Origin: a virus
Virus record (IMG/VR): IMGVR_UViG_3300002056_000074
Reading direction: 5' to 3' (one strand)
DNA: 64,000 bases
Shown: positions 1 through 9,728 of the stretch, piece by piece
How the letters are laid out: each line of letters opens with the position of its first letter
How positions within the stretch are numbered: position 1 is the first letter of the stretch
Translations under genes and position numbers: made by a program
Notes under the pieces: generated by a model
What the model was told of the DNA's origin: nothing
Databases searched by the model: none
What the model saw: only the letters and a program-made list of their open reading frames with translations

Positions 1-303
1 GTCACTAACATCCTGCCCAAATAAACCCAAAGATCGTTCACAAAATTTACAATACATGGTTGCATCACCTCGGATAATTAAATGATCTTCCGGATGAACA
101 CACTCTAATACCATCTGTGCTCTAATAACTGCAATCTTATCTAAAATTTCATTTTTCTCAACCATCAATTCTAGAATATTCTCTTGGATTGGTTCTAATT
201 TAGTTATCAATGCTTTGATATTCTTATCCTTTCGCTTCCAAGAAACTTTCTCGTAACTCGTATAATTAGATGATAATTTAGTCTTTATGTCCTGTTCTGT
301 CAT
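1..303 (-). CDS. Hypothetical protein, 3'-truncated by window edge (coiled-coil plus CxH...CxxC)
   Basis: Not in the ORF track. Hand translation from ATG at 303: MTEQDIKTKLSSNYTSYEKVSWKRK...ECVHPEDHLII...YCKFCERSL..., open to position 1. Confidence 0.75.
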   Translation of the reverse strand, partial: MTEQDIKTKLSSNYTSYEKVSWKRKDKNIKALITKLEPIQENILELMVEKNEILDKIAVIRAQMVLECVHPEDHLIIRGDATMYCKFCERSLGLFGQDVSD

Positions 304-314
304 TTCGTTAACCT

Positions 315-1268
315 TTATATTTGTTTCAATTTTATGAATAGTGCAGATAGATTTATTTCTGGATCAGCAACCAGTGAATGCATATATAGATGTTGTGCAA
401 TTTCAATTTGTCCGGCTTCCCATTTGTCAGAATTAGAAAACTTTTTAGATTTATCTAGATTCATATATAAAAATCTGAAAATTGATTCAATTTCATCATT
501 AGAAACATTACCACAGACAACCTTTCTTGCCGAGTTCCAATCATCCTTTGCTATATGATCTAATAAACTTATATTATAATCATCAGATGATGATTCAGTA
601 TTAGTCACGTTCATCAATGAATTATTGGATATACTAGACTGGATAGTGTTTATGATTTTTCGTATATCAGGGTAATCAATCCTGATATAATCATCCAACT
701 CATCAAGATCAAAATCAATGTTTTCTGAGACTAAAATCTTAGCCACAAATTCTGCAATATCATCCTTGTCAGATGCCTTAAACTTAAAATGTTGGCACCT
801 AGACTTAAGTGATGGTTTTAATTTATTTTCGTTATTTGCAGTAATGATAAAGCGACTATCATCAGCATAATCTTCCATCAATCGAAGTAGAACTTGCTGT
901 CCACTATGTGATATATAATCACCCTCTTCCAAGACTACCACTTTAAAACCAGTACTTCCAAATCCATATGAGGAAACAAAGGTTTTTATTTTATCTCGCA
1001 TGACATCAACTGAATTTTCGTCTGATGCGTTGATAATGAGAGTATCGGCTGGATCAACATTTATTTCATTAATTAAAATTTGGGCAATACTAGTTTTTCC
1101 GGAACCTTGGACACCAGATAACAATAGATGTGGAATGGACTTATCCCGAATAAAGGATTTGAACGCCACTCTATGATGATCATTATCAAAAATATAATCT
1201 TTTAATTTCTTAGGTCGATATTTTTCAACCCAAAGTTCTTTAAATTTAGTTCCCATATACACTCCCAT
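315..1268 (-). CDS. Sliding-clamp loader AAA+ subunit (T4 gp44 / RFC small subunit-like)
   Basis: WVEKYRP N-terminal motif, Walker A GVQGSGKT, INASDE, Walker B-like VVVLEEGD, SRC motif (LKSRC). Confidence 0.95.
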   Translation of the reverse strand: MGVYMGTKFKELWVEKYRPKKLKDYIFDNDHHRVAFKSFIRDKSIPHLLLSGVQGSGKTSIAQILINEINVDPADTLIINASDENSVDVMRDKIKTFVSSYGFGSTGFKVVVLEEGDYISHSGQQVLLRLMEDYADDSRFIITANNENKLKPSLKSRCQHFKFKASDKDDIAEFVAKILVSENIDFDLDELDDYIRIDYPDIRKIINTIQSSISNNSLMNVTNTESSSDDYNISLLDHIAKDDWNSARKVVCGNVSNDEIESIFRFLYMNLDKSKKFSNSDKWEAGQIEIAQHLYMHSLVADPEINLSALFIKLKQI

Positions 1269-1308
1269 ATACAGATATCATACAGTATATGATAGGAGAA
1301 AGCCAATT

Positions 1309-1617
1309 TTATTCTCTTACAACCAAAACCTTTTCATCATTAGTTCGCCAAAAATCTTCCCCATCCAACGTAGAACGTTCCGTCCATTGAAGTGCCTCTA
1401 CACAGATCATAGATCCCGTTTTGATTTCCGGTGTTACGTCTGGTCCAACTTCGAGTACTTCTACCCACCGATTTGACTTTGCGGAATCATCATAATTTCC
1501 CATCATAACAATACCATTTTCACTTACTGTTTCAAACACTCTATTATCTGATTGGTCAGTAACAAGTTTATCTACAAATTTAAAAAATATATTATTCTTT
1601 ATTGGCTTCAATTTCAT
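1309..1617 (-). CDS. groES: GroES-like co-chaperonin
   Basis: MKLKPIKNNIF...GIVM...VEVLEVGPDV...IKTG matches the Cpn10 pattern. Start moved to ATG 1617, which has a GGAGG SD upstream. Confidence 0.8.
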   Translation of the reverse strand: MKLKPIKNNIFFKFVDKLVTDQSDNRVFETVSENGIVMMGNYDDSAKSNRWVEVLEVGPDVTPEIKTGSMICVEALQWTERSTLDGEDFWRTNDEKVLVVRE

Positions 1618-1984
1618 CTTTCTGTGCCTCCTTTTCAATCTCTGTATTAATTTTCGGTTTGGGTTTAGTTCGCTGTCTCGTTCGTTTAGATTTTGGTGGG
1701 GATTCGATTGTTACTTCTTCCAATTCATCATTGGTATCATAATCAATATTCTCCTCAACAACCACTTCGGGAGTTGGTGATAATTGAACTTTTTCTGGTG
1801 TTTTAGATGGTGTTTTAATCTCAACTTCTGGGATGCCCAGAGTAGCCATACGGCGGCGCAACCGCTTATCAATAGATGATTGCCTCTCCTGAACCCTTGA
1901 AGGTGGTGGAGTTGATCCCAATTCCTGTTTGGCTTTATATAGATCAAAATCTATATCTTCTCCCTTTGCAGTTCGTCTACTCAT
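1592..1984 (-). CDS. Hypothetical protein (RTAKGEDIDFD N-terminus, low-complexity tail)
   Basis: 130-aa ORF in operon context; its 3' end overlaps the groES start. Confidence 0.75.
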   Translation of the reverse strand: MSRRTAKGEDIDFDLYKAKQELGSTPPPSRVQERQSSIDKRLRRRMATLGIPEVEIKTPSKTPEKVQLSPTPEVVVEENIDYDTNDELEEVTIESPPKSKRTRQRTKPKPKINTEIEKEAQKDEIEANKE

Positions 1985-1992
1985 AATAATTC

Positions 1993-2532
1993 CTATTTTA
2001 TAAATTCATTAAAATCAAGTTCATATAGAACACTATCAACATCATGTAAACCCATAAGATATAATATATAAGAACTAGTGGAGCTGCCCCGACCAACTCC
2101 CCAAACAGTATGGGATTCTTCAAATTTATTTATCACATATAAAATAGTATATAAAAGTGAGTGAAAGTTATGTTGTGTGAATATCTCATATTCCATAGCA
2201 ACCCGATTTTCACGCTCAATGATTTCTTGTTTAGAAAAATTATTCTCAGACAATTCATCATCCAATTTAGATAAAATATGATCCAATAGATCAATCTTTA
2301 GAATGTTATTAGGTATATTCCATGATGGATCAATCTCACGATCATTGACTCGGGTATTAATTTTATTTGTACTGTGTTTATTATATTCAATAATATCTGA
2401 GGTTAATACGTCACAATAAATAGAATCTGAATCAACATATTCAATAAAATCTTCTATATTATCCGCAGGAACTGTTGTAGTCCCATCGAACCACAATATA
2501 CGATCCTTTAATTCTGAAAAATTAGATTGCAT
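1993..2532 (-). CDS. Stand-alone fragment of DNA polymerase III alpha (DnaE) palm region
   Basis: VWGVGRGSSTSSYILYLMGLHDVDSVLYELDFNEF aligns with DnaE GxGRGS...LxITxxDPxxxxLxFERF; ORF stops before the PDxDxD catalytic motif. Confidence 0.85.
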   Translation of the reverse strand: MQSNFSELKDRILWFDGTTTVPADNIEDFIEYVDSDSIYCDVLTSDIIEYNKHSTNKINTRVNDREIDPSWNIPNNILKIDLLDHILSKLDDELSENNFSKQEIIERENRVAMEYEIFTQHNFHSLLYTILYVINKFEESHTVWGVGRGSSTSSYILYLMGLHDVDSVLYELDFNEFIK

Positions 2533-2952
2533 TTAACTAAACGACGACGAATATTCACCATCGGCTGGGATTGAGGGTGCTCGGATTCCTGAATCCGAAT
2601 CATTAAATCCCTGAAGCGTCGGTTGTGAATTAGCTTGCAATTGATCAATATCAACAGGGGGAGGGGGAGGAATCAATGATGGTGGCATAAGTTCGCCACT
2701 AGGTGAACGCTGAATGGGTGGTAAATCTCTCCGTGGTACTAGTGGAGCAGGTTGGGGTGGTGGTGATGGTTCTGGAGTAGTTTGTTGGATTGGTGGTGGT
2801 GCCTCTTTAATCATTTCAATCTGATCTAGAATCATAGTCCACTGTTCTTTATTTGGATGCCAATCCTCCTTTTGCATAGACTGTACACCAGTTAACCATA
2901 ACTTGAACTCGGATAACGTGATTTTCTTTTTTGTTTTTCTCTTCTGAGCCAT
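2533..2952 (-). CDS. Hypothetical protein with proline-rich C-terminus
   Basis: 139-aa ORF abutting both neighbours. Confidence 0.75.
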   Translation of the reverse strand: MAQKRKTKKKITLSEFKLWLTGVQSMQKEDWHPNKEQWTMILDQIEMIKEAPPPIQQTTPEPSPPPQPAPLVPRRDLPPIQRSPSGELMPPSLIPPPPPVDIDQLQANSQPTLQGFNDSDSGIRAPSIPADGEYSSSFS

Positions 2953-3440
2953 TAAATTATATCTCCAGTAAGTATAGTATTTCTGAAATGTTTATTATAA
3001 GAGTCCGCAGGAGACACATTTATCCACCTAGTTTCATCAATGGGATGACACAACATATGATTCTTACTTAACGATGGAGAAAATGATTCGTGCATCGGAT
3101 GGTAATCTATCGCCTCTATTACATGATGTTCTGGCATATAAGATTTGAATCCATACGAAAACGCATGAAACTTTTTTCCTAAAACAGATGCGACATCTGA
3201 AATATCAAGCTCTGATGTTTCGGGATCTACAATCATTATATTCCATGCTGCCGGAACAATAAAGGAAAAGTTATCAACTAATAATTCAATACCCGGTGAT
3301 GTTATTGATTCAATAACATTGAGTGGTGTCAATGTAAAATCTCGCATCTCCAGATCCAATACCCAGAAATAATCTTCCAATAGAATTGGTTTTATGGTGT
3401 CTATAATTGATACCGACTCAGATTCTTGAAATATCAACAT
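2952..3440 (-). CDS. Hypothetical protein
   Basis: 162-aa ORF, GAGG SD upstream, 1-nt overlap with the next gene. Confidence 0.8.
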   Translation of the reverse strand: MLIFQESESVSIIDTIKPILLEDYFWVLDLEMRDFTLTPLNVIESITSPGIELLVDNFSFIVPAAWNIMIVDPETSELDISDVASVLGKKFHAFSYGFKSYMPEHHVIEAIDYHPMHESFSPSLSKNHMLCHPIDETRWINVSPADSYNKHFRNTILTGDII

Positions 3441-3488
3441 GGGTGGAACCTCTCATTATAGGTTTTTATTATACATGAATATATTTTA

Positions 3489-5015
3489 TTATGCAAATAA
3501 ATCATTATCCATATCACTAAATTTTATTTTCTGTTTAGAATATGGATATTCAGCCTCTTTATAAAATTTAATCCGTTCGCCCGTATGTCGTCTTGAAAAC
3601 TTTAAGTCATTCGTAAAATCATATACCTTAACTCGATCTTTATCATCCCCCATACGAAGTCCTCGCCCAATTGATTGAATTACCTTAATTCCTGACTTTC
3701 CAAAATTAACAAATCCCAATAGAAAAATTCTATCAATACTTAATCCTGTTGATGCAATTTGTGCAGTTGCATATAATATTATGCCATCTTCCGTTTGATA
3801 GCGTTGATAAATTTGTTCCCTAGTTTTTGCACTATCCTTACCCGATAAGAACAATCCATTTTGTGTTGCATCACAAAGGCGTTGTCCATGCTTAACACCA
3901 TCCACCAAACATAGGACATTGCCATAAGCATGACTAGCAATTTCAAGCTTATTGGCAACCCAATTTATATGATCTGTGTGTTGTTGATTATAGTTTTTCT
4001 CACTCGTCCAATCGGGCAAATATCCGTATTTAAAATCCATATAACTTAATGGAGTAGGTCTGGATAGAGTTTTTGTAAAGTCTCTTTTATATTTTGCATA
4101 TTCGGTTTCAAAGTTATGCTCAAGTTCATAAATCTCAATATCTAAATTTGAAACAATTTTCTTGTCAATTAATTCTCGTGCCTTAACCGATACTAGAACC
4201 TCACCAATAGCAACTCTAATAGCCATTAAATCAATGTCTTCCTTGGGCATTGTGCCGGTTACACCGAACCGATAGGGTATGTTTCTACCATGTTTATTTA
4301 AAAGCTCTTGTAGGACCGCTCCTTTGGCCTGATGTACCTCATCTACAATAACTACATCATAGTCCTTCATCATATGTGGTGCATTTTTTAATGACTGCCA
4401 TGTGGAAACAAGATGCATATGATTTGTTTCCTTTTTATCACCATAAAATATACCAGCATCTAAATTCAACAGCATATAATCTGTGTGTGTTTGTCTAACC
4501 AATGTCTTATTTGGGACAATAGTAAGGACTCGCAAATCATCCAAATCTTCATATATTTTTGTCATCGTTCCGGTCATCAATGTTTTTCCTGAACTCGTGC
4601 TAGCCTCTCCGATGCCGGAACCCTCTCGTGTTAATTTGTTTATAACTCGGACTTGATGTTCTCGTAAAACAAGAGGGCTTCCCTTGTATTCAATAGTATC
4701 CTTCCAATAATTTTCATCAATCTCATCGGGAATGGGTAAATTATTTAATCGCTTATCATCTACTTTAATTTTGTAATTATATCCCGTTAATATGGGAACA
4801 ATTTCATCTAATAGATTTATATAAGTTGATCCTTCCAGTGTAAAAAATGCAATTGTTCCATCCCAAACACCCAATTTAAATTTTGCATTATAAAAGCGGG
4901 TCGGAACCAAAATTGAAAATTTCTTCTTTAAGAGCTTTAAGTGCTCGTCATCAAGACCTAATATAGAACAATTGACCTCATCTTTGAGAAGAATAGTACA
5001 GGAGCGTTTCTTCAT
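3489..5015 (-). CDS. uvsW: UvsW-like SF2 DNA helicase
   Basis: WDG N-terminal motif, LREHQ Q-motif, STSSGKT, DEVH, GVTGT, motif VI QSIGRGLR. Confidence 0.93.
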   Translation of the reverse strand: MKKRSCTILLKDEVNCSILGLDDEHLKLLKKKFSILVPTRFYNAKFKLGVWDGTIAFFTLEGSTYINLLDEIVPILTGYNYKIKVDDKRLNNLPIPDEIDENYWKDTIEYKGSPLVLREHQVRVINKLTREGSGIGEASTSSGKTLMTGTMTKIYEDLDDLRVLTIVPNKTLVRQTHTDYMLLNLDAGIFYGDKKETNHMHLVSTWQSLKNAPHMMKDYDVVIVDEVHQAKGAVLQELLNKHGRNIPYRFGVTGTMPKEDIDLMAIRVAIGEVLVSVKARELIDKKIVSNLDIEIYELEHNFETEYAKYKRDFTKTLSRPTPLSYMDFKYGYLPDWTSEKNYNQQHTDHINWVANKLEIASHAYGNVLCLVDGVKHGQRLCDATQNGLFLSGKDSAKTREQIYQRYQTEDGIILYATAQIASTGLSIDRIFLLGFVNFGKSGIKVIQSIGRGLRMGDDKDRVKVYDFTNDLKFSRRHTGERIKFYKEAEYPYSKQKIKFSDMDNDLFA

Positions 5016-5470
5016 AAAGTAATATCTTCTAGTCCAGCGACACGAATTCTAGTAATATTGTTCATCGCATATCCAACATTACGAAAATTTTCAACTGCTG
5101 ATGCAAACAGGTCATGCAATTCCTTTACTTCCAACATAAGAATATAGACATTAATGTACGCCTCATCTGCATCGATATATTTTTGAATTTCTCTCTCACC
5201 CAATGATACATTACTACCCTTCTTAATACCTTTATATAGCACACCTCTTATTTGGGAAACCCTAGCTTCCATATAAGCAAGTATTTTTTTCAATTCTGTA
5301 TGGCGTTCTGAATAATAGGCGAACCAAGATGGATTTTCCATATTAATTTGCTCTAGAGTTTTATTTTTCATATTGATATGTTCTTTATAATTGGCATATT
5401 CAACGTCATAACGCTCTAGAACATCTGGCAATCTTTCGTACTTCTCACCGAGATCTATATCACCGGCCAT
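5012..5470 (-). CDS. uvsY: UvsY-like recombination mediator
   Basis: Helical 152-aa protein with ...EIQKYIDADE...FRNVGYAMNNITRIRVAG, adjacent to uvsW as in T4-like phages. Confidence 0.75.
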   Translation of the reverse strand: MAGDIDLGEKYERLPDVLERYDVEYANYKEHINMKNKTLEQINMENPSWFAYYSERHTELKKILAYMEARVSQIRGVLYKGIKKGSNVSLGEREIQKYIDADEAYINVYILMLEVKELHDLFASAVENFRNVGYAMNNITRIRVAGLEDITL

Positions 5471-5471
5471 A

Positions 5472-6056
5472 TCAGTTTAGTTTACCGGGAACATTACTAA
5501 CACTCTCAAGTAATCTAGATAAGTATTCTTTATCTTCCTTTTCATTCTCAGATAAATTATTAAGAATTGATTCCAAATTATCTCCAGCATCTACAATATC
5601 CGTTAACTCGGGATCGTTGAGTAATTCATCAACCAAATCACTCGATAAGTTTGTTCCCTGAACAGCAGTCATGGTCAGTAGATATTCAAGTGTAAAATCA
5701 ACATCGTTTCTATCAACAACTTCTCTACTCAACATGATATTAATACTTTTGGTCCCCCTATCCATTGTGGTCTGGTCAACTACCTTTATTTTATTTCCAT
5801 TAATATCAGTAACCATCTTCCCCATTGGGGGTATTGCAGATAGGGATACTAACATTCCACCATCGCCAATATCACCCTCAACATCAATAACGGCGTTAAT
5901 AAATTCTAATTTATAATCACTTGATATAATGTCTTGAATAATGGCATATTCTTCGATTGCTCGGCAGATAGGAGCAATCTCAACAAAAATTAATTCATTA
6001 CTTTTATTATAGTCCCTATATCGTTTTAACATCAAATCTCTCACTTTTTGTGTCAT
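5472..6056 (-). CDS. Hypothetical protein
   Basis: 194-aa ORF, 4-nt overlap with the upstream gene. Confidence 0.75.
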   Translation of the reverse strand: MTQKVRDLMLKRYRDYNKSNELIFVEIAPICRAIEEYAIIQDIISSDYKLEFINAVIDVEGDIGDGGMLVSLSAIPPMGKMVTDINGNKIKVVDQTTMDRGTKSINIMLSREVVDRNDVDFTLEYLLTMTAVQGTNLSSDLVDELLNDPELTDIVDAGDNLESILNNLSENEKEDKEYLSRLLESVSNVPGKLN

Positions 6057-7108
6057 GTTTTACTCCAAACCATCTCTTGCATACGCATCATTACGGCTGC
6101 TATATATTTCACATCAATATGCTCTCTAAGAGTAGTCTTATTATACATATCTTTTATTTTTTTGTCTAGATCATCTGCATATTTTAATAATTCATCATAT
6201 TGCATAGATCCATTTCGAATTGCCAGTAATTCATCAGCATCCTCTCTAAAAACATTAACTTTATGTGTATCAAGAATTTCATAACTCATCCTCAACAACC
6301 TAACAAGATGGCTCGCATTCTTACAATCGTAACTATACTTCTCTTCTAAAATAGACCTTTGTGGATTTCTATTCTTTTTCCATTCCCAATAATTCTTATG
6401 CTTGTTTTTAGATTTTTGGTACTCCTCGCGATTAAATTTGAAAATCGCCAATGGATTTAATGTAGTTCTATCAAAATTCGGGTGCTTAATGAACGAGCCG
6501 TCCTTTCGTGAAAGATATTCGCCCTTCATTTCATACAACCCATAAATATCATTTCCATATGGGACTGCAATGTGATCTTTAATATAATGGTGAATGGCAA
6601 ATGTTGAGGGTAACATTTTTTTATCACCAAACCATTGAACCAATGAAACATGATCTCTCTGTTTTGGGGGGGTTTTTGGTGTTGGTATGGATATCCATTT
6701 TGCATGACTTTTCATTTTATGAAGTTCACCATTTGCGTAACCTGCTGTTGATCTAGCTGCTGCAGAGGATAGTAGATTGCCTCGAACACTTCTAATGTAT
6801 TCGTATGCAGGACTTGTCTCGATGATATCTTGATCGCGGACCCACAATAGTTGAAGAATGTTTGGGTTTTGGGTGTAGAGGAGATTCATAAAATGCTTTA
6901 ATTCAAAATATTTTGTATCTTCCTCGGTTTCAATATCAATTTCTTTAATATTAAAGAATGGTGTTAGATAACTTTTCTGATCAGCGCAGAAGATGCCACG
7001 CATATCAACATCAGATGTCTCTATTGCAGTTCCATATGCATGAGATCCTTCTAAAACTTTACAAATTTTACAAATTTTATTGCGTTCTAATAATTCATTG
7101 GTGTTCAT
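6053..7108 (-). CDS. Pol-beta superfamily nucleotidyltransferase (T4 NrdC.11/YcgL-like)
   Basis: GSHAYGTAIETSDVDMRG (GS...DxD), NPNILQLLW, YDCKNASHLVRLL, LLAIRNG. Confidence 0.85.
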   Translation of the reverse strand: MNTNELLERNKICKICKVLEGSHAYGTAIETSDVDMRGIFCADQKSYLTPFFNIKEIDIETEEDTKYFELKHFMNLLYTQNPNILQLLWVRDQDIIETSPAYEYIRSVRGNLLSSAAARSTAGYANGELHKMKSHAKWISIPTPKTPPKQRDHVSLVQWFGDKKMLPSTFAIHHYIKDHIAVPYGNDIYGLYEMKGEYLSRKDGSFIKHPNFDRTTLNPLAIFKFNREEYQKSKNKHKNYWEWKKNRNPQRSILEEKYSYDCKNASHLVRLLRMSYEILDTHKVNVFREDADELLAIRNGSMQYDELLKYADDLDKKIKDMYNKTTLREHIDVKYIAAVMMRMQEMVWSKT

Positions 7109-7118
7109 TGAATTTTAC

Positions 7119-8564
7119 TCAATATAAATGTTTAGTATATTCAAATTTTAGTTTACCACAATCCCATATTCTATACAAACCAGCATTATCACAGTTTTCT
7201 CTTTCGGTTAATTTTGGGTTGTAGTTTTTAATTTTATTTTTTAGATTTTTATGACGATAACCAAATTTATGCTTTCTTTTATTTTTTCCCGATGAATAAA
7301 AATATGTTGGTGGAACTTGGCCTATTAATTTCCATTCCGTATCATTATATAATTTCCCATCACTCCATCTAAGATCAGCATAAGTTATAAGGCTTTTATT
7401 TGAATGTTCTTTGGTGAAGGCTTTTATTATTTTGGAGAAACCGCCCACTACACTACAGTTAGTTGCATAACGACTCAAATTATAGACAGATTTAGTTTCT
7501 TCGAACAGTGCTAATGCTACTAAATTACCGTCACAATCTTCCAAGCCAATATTTTTTGTCCCCCTACCATTTCCCTGTATATGATTTTTATCAAAAAATG
7601 TTTTTCTTTTATAATAATTTATATTTGTTATTATATTACTATTTCTTCCATATATTTTATGGGCATTAGAGATTCCCAAAACATGTAAAATTTTTTTAAT
7701 TACCAAATCTTCATTTAGTAATATTTCATCTTCAAATATAGTTAATAGTCGATAGCCTGCCTTATTAGCATCAAGTAATTTTGTAGCATGATAATGTTTA
7801 TCTTTGCCTGCTTGCTCTGAATGGTAATATAACCCACAGATTTCGATAGCAATTGATTTATTTGGTATTACTATATCAAGTTCTTGTTTAGAAGAAAGAA
7901 TAGACCGATCATTTACCAAATAACTTACATTATGAAAATCTAATATTGAACATATCCGTTTTTCGTATGATGATCTGGGATATCGAACCGTTTTAATTCC
8001 ACGCATTTTCATATACACACCAACTGTTGAATCTTGAACATTCAACTCTTTGGATATTTCTATTAGACTTTTTTTAAATTGGTGATGTTGTTTTTTTAAC
8101 CATTTAACATCATCTAATTTTCTCTGTACATCATCTAGTAATGCATTTGGATGTACAAACATCTCCTTATTACATTTAGGACAGCCGATTTTCTTGGATA
8201 TATGACTTGCTAATGGTAATTCAAATTTTCCATGTTTTGGGCAAATGATAGGTATTACATCATTGTAATTTTTACGTTCCACCCACAAAGAATAATCATA
8301 TTGATTATTGTGTTTTTTTACTGCTTCGCGTTTATAGGAATCAAGTGATCTTCTCGGGGTTCTACATTTTTTGCACCCAGATCCTCTCATATGATTTGCC
8401 ACCGAGCATAGAAAAAGTCCATGTTCTGGGCAAATAACTGGAGTATCTTTTCTATGATAATCTTTACTGGTCCCACCATAAGTAACCCATAGTGAGTAAT
8501 CATATTTATTGCTATGAATTATGTTTAGTCTTTCTATAAATTTTTTTATTTTCTCTTCATTCAT
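7119..8564 (-). CDS. Hef-like free-standing endonuclease #1: 2 Zn modules + HTH + PD-(D/E)xK + Mom-like GNAT domain
   Basis: YDYS..CPxHG..GCxxC x2; SLIEISKELNV...VYMK HTH; ELDIVIP..IAIEICGLYYHS; NHIQG..SRYA..YADLRWSDG..RIWDCG. Confidence 0.8.
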   Translation of the reverse strand: MNEEKIKKFIERLNIIHSNKYDYSLWVTYGGTSKDYHRKDTPVICPEHGLFLCSVANHMRGSGCKKCRTPRRSLDSYKREAVKKHNNQYDYSLWVERKNYNDVIPIICPKHGKFELPLASHISKKIGCPKCNKEMFVHPNALLDDVQRKLDDVKWLKKQHHQFKKSLIEISKELNVQDSTVGVYMKMRGIKTVRYPRSSYEKRICSILDFHNVSYLVNDRSILSSKQELDIVIPNKSIAIEICGLYYHSEQAGKDKHYHATKLLDANKAGYRLLTIFEDEILLNEDLVIKKILHVLGISNAHKIYGRNSNIITNINYYKRKTFFDKNHIQGNGRGTKNIGLEDCDGNLVALALFEETKSVYNLSRYATNCSVVGGFSKIIKAFTKEHSNKSLITYADLRWSDGKLYNDTEWKLIGQVPPTYFYSSGKNKRKHKFGYRHKNLKNKIKNYNPKLTERENCDNAGLYRIWDCGKLKFEYTKHLY

Positions 8565-8574
8565 TTAAACAATA

Positions 8575-9681
8575 TTAATCATCTTCAAGAAGAATATTTT
8601 CGTCAAATTTCTCTTTACGTCTCGCCTTCATGGTTTTCCCGTCACCAACATCTTCAGATTCGACATCATCTGCAATAATAGCTTCTAGGTGAACCGAACT
8701 AGCCAATTTTTCACATTCATCAAGAATATCATCTTGATATTTAGAAAAATTCTTCGATTGAAATTTATCACCAGTTTTCGAAAAAGTATACCATGCACCC
8801 GTTTTAGTTACGACTCCCAATGATTCAGCGATGGCCAACAAGCCATTGAACGGGTCCATACCAGCCTCATACGGAACTTCAATAGTAACAGATTCGAAAG
8901 GTTTAGCGAATCGAGTTTTATATCCGTAACATTTCATCCTAATACCAGTAATTACGTTATCAATCTTATCTTTTAGATTCAATTTAGTGACAAGAACAAT
9001 TTGACTACACGAATATTGTAAACTGTCGTTTACAACCCACACACCCTTACCGTTCTTTAAATCCTGATTAGCATATACCTGAGCAGTAACTGCAATTGTA
9101 ATATCGGTGCCACGAATATTATTCGTAAATGACTGAAGCATTGACTTAACTTGTTTTGATTTCTGCCCTTGATCTCCTTTATTCTCACCCTTTTCAAATT
9201 GGTCCTGCTCATTATCAGTCATTAACATGTTTATACTATCAATAACAATCAATACTTTCTCTCTATCTTCTTCATTCACACCATCATATTCTTTCTTCCA
9301 GCCTTGAATAATAGATGACACAGTTTTTTTACATTCAGCAATCGTTCCTGCTGCGACATACGAGTAATTATTTTCTGTATCTACACCCAATTTGGATACA
9401 AAATCATCATCTAGTGCATTTTCAGAATCAACTGCAACTACATACAATCCCATATTTTGTGCTTCTCTCATTAGATTAGCAACATTGAATGATTTCCCTG
9501 ATTGTGATGGTCCAGTAAATGCAGTGATTCTACCTTGTGGTATACCCCGAATAAATGATCCAGAAATAATCTTATTGAGAGCATAATTTCCAGTTGGAAT
9601 CCAATATGTTGGTGGTTCAGATTTACCTACTGAAATTCCAGCCTTTTCAATCTTGGTCATTGCGTCTTTCATAAATTTCAT
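8575..9681 (-). CDS. uvsX: UvsX RecA-like recombinase
   Basis: PTGNYALNKIISG, Walker A GPSQSGKS, DSENA, VIDS, GAWY. Confidence 0.93.
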   Translation of the reverse strand: MKFMKDAMTKIEKAGISVGKSEPPTYWIPTGNYALNKIISGSFIRGIPQGRITAFTGPSQSGKSFNVANLMREAQNMGLYVVAVDSENALDDDFVSKLGVDTENNYSYVAAGTIAECKKTVSSIIQGWKKEYDGVNEEDREKVLIVIDSINMLMTDNEQDQFEKGENKGDQGQKSKQVKSMLQSFTNNIRGTDITIAVTAQVYANQDLKNGKGVWVVNDSLQYSCSQIVLVTKLNLKDKIDNVITGIRMKCYGYKTRFAKPFESVTIEVPYEAGMDPFNGLLAIAESLGVVTKTGAWYTFSKTGDKFQSKNFSKYQDDILDECEKLASSVHLEAIIADDVESEDVGDGKTMKARRKEKFDENILLEDD

Positions 9682-9728
9682 AAAAATTATACTCTCAATT
9701 ATTGTGGATGATTTAAAATAAAATAATA

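Noticed and set aside
1284-1308. MotA-box-like middle promoter (TTGGCTTT...TATACT) upstream of the clamp loader
   Set aside because: Single imperfect instance; cannot be supported without more copies
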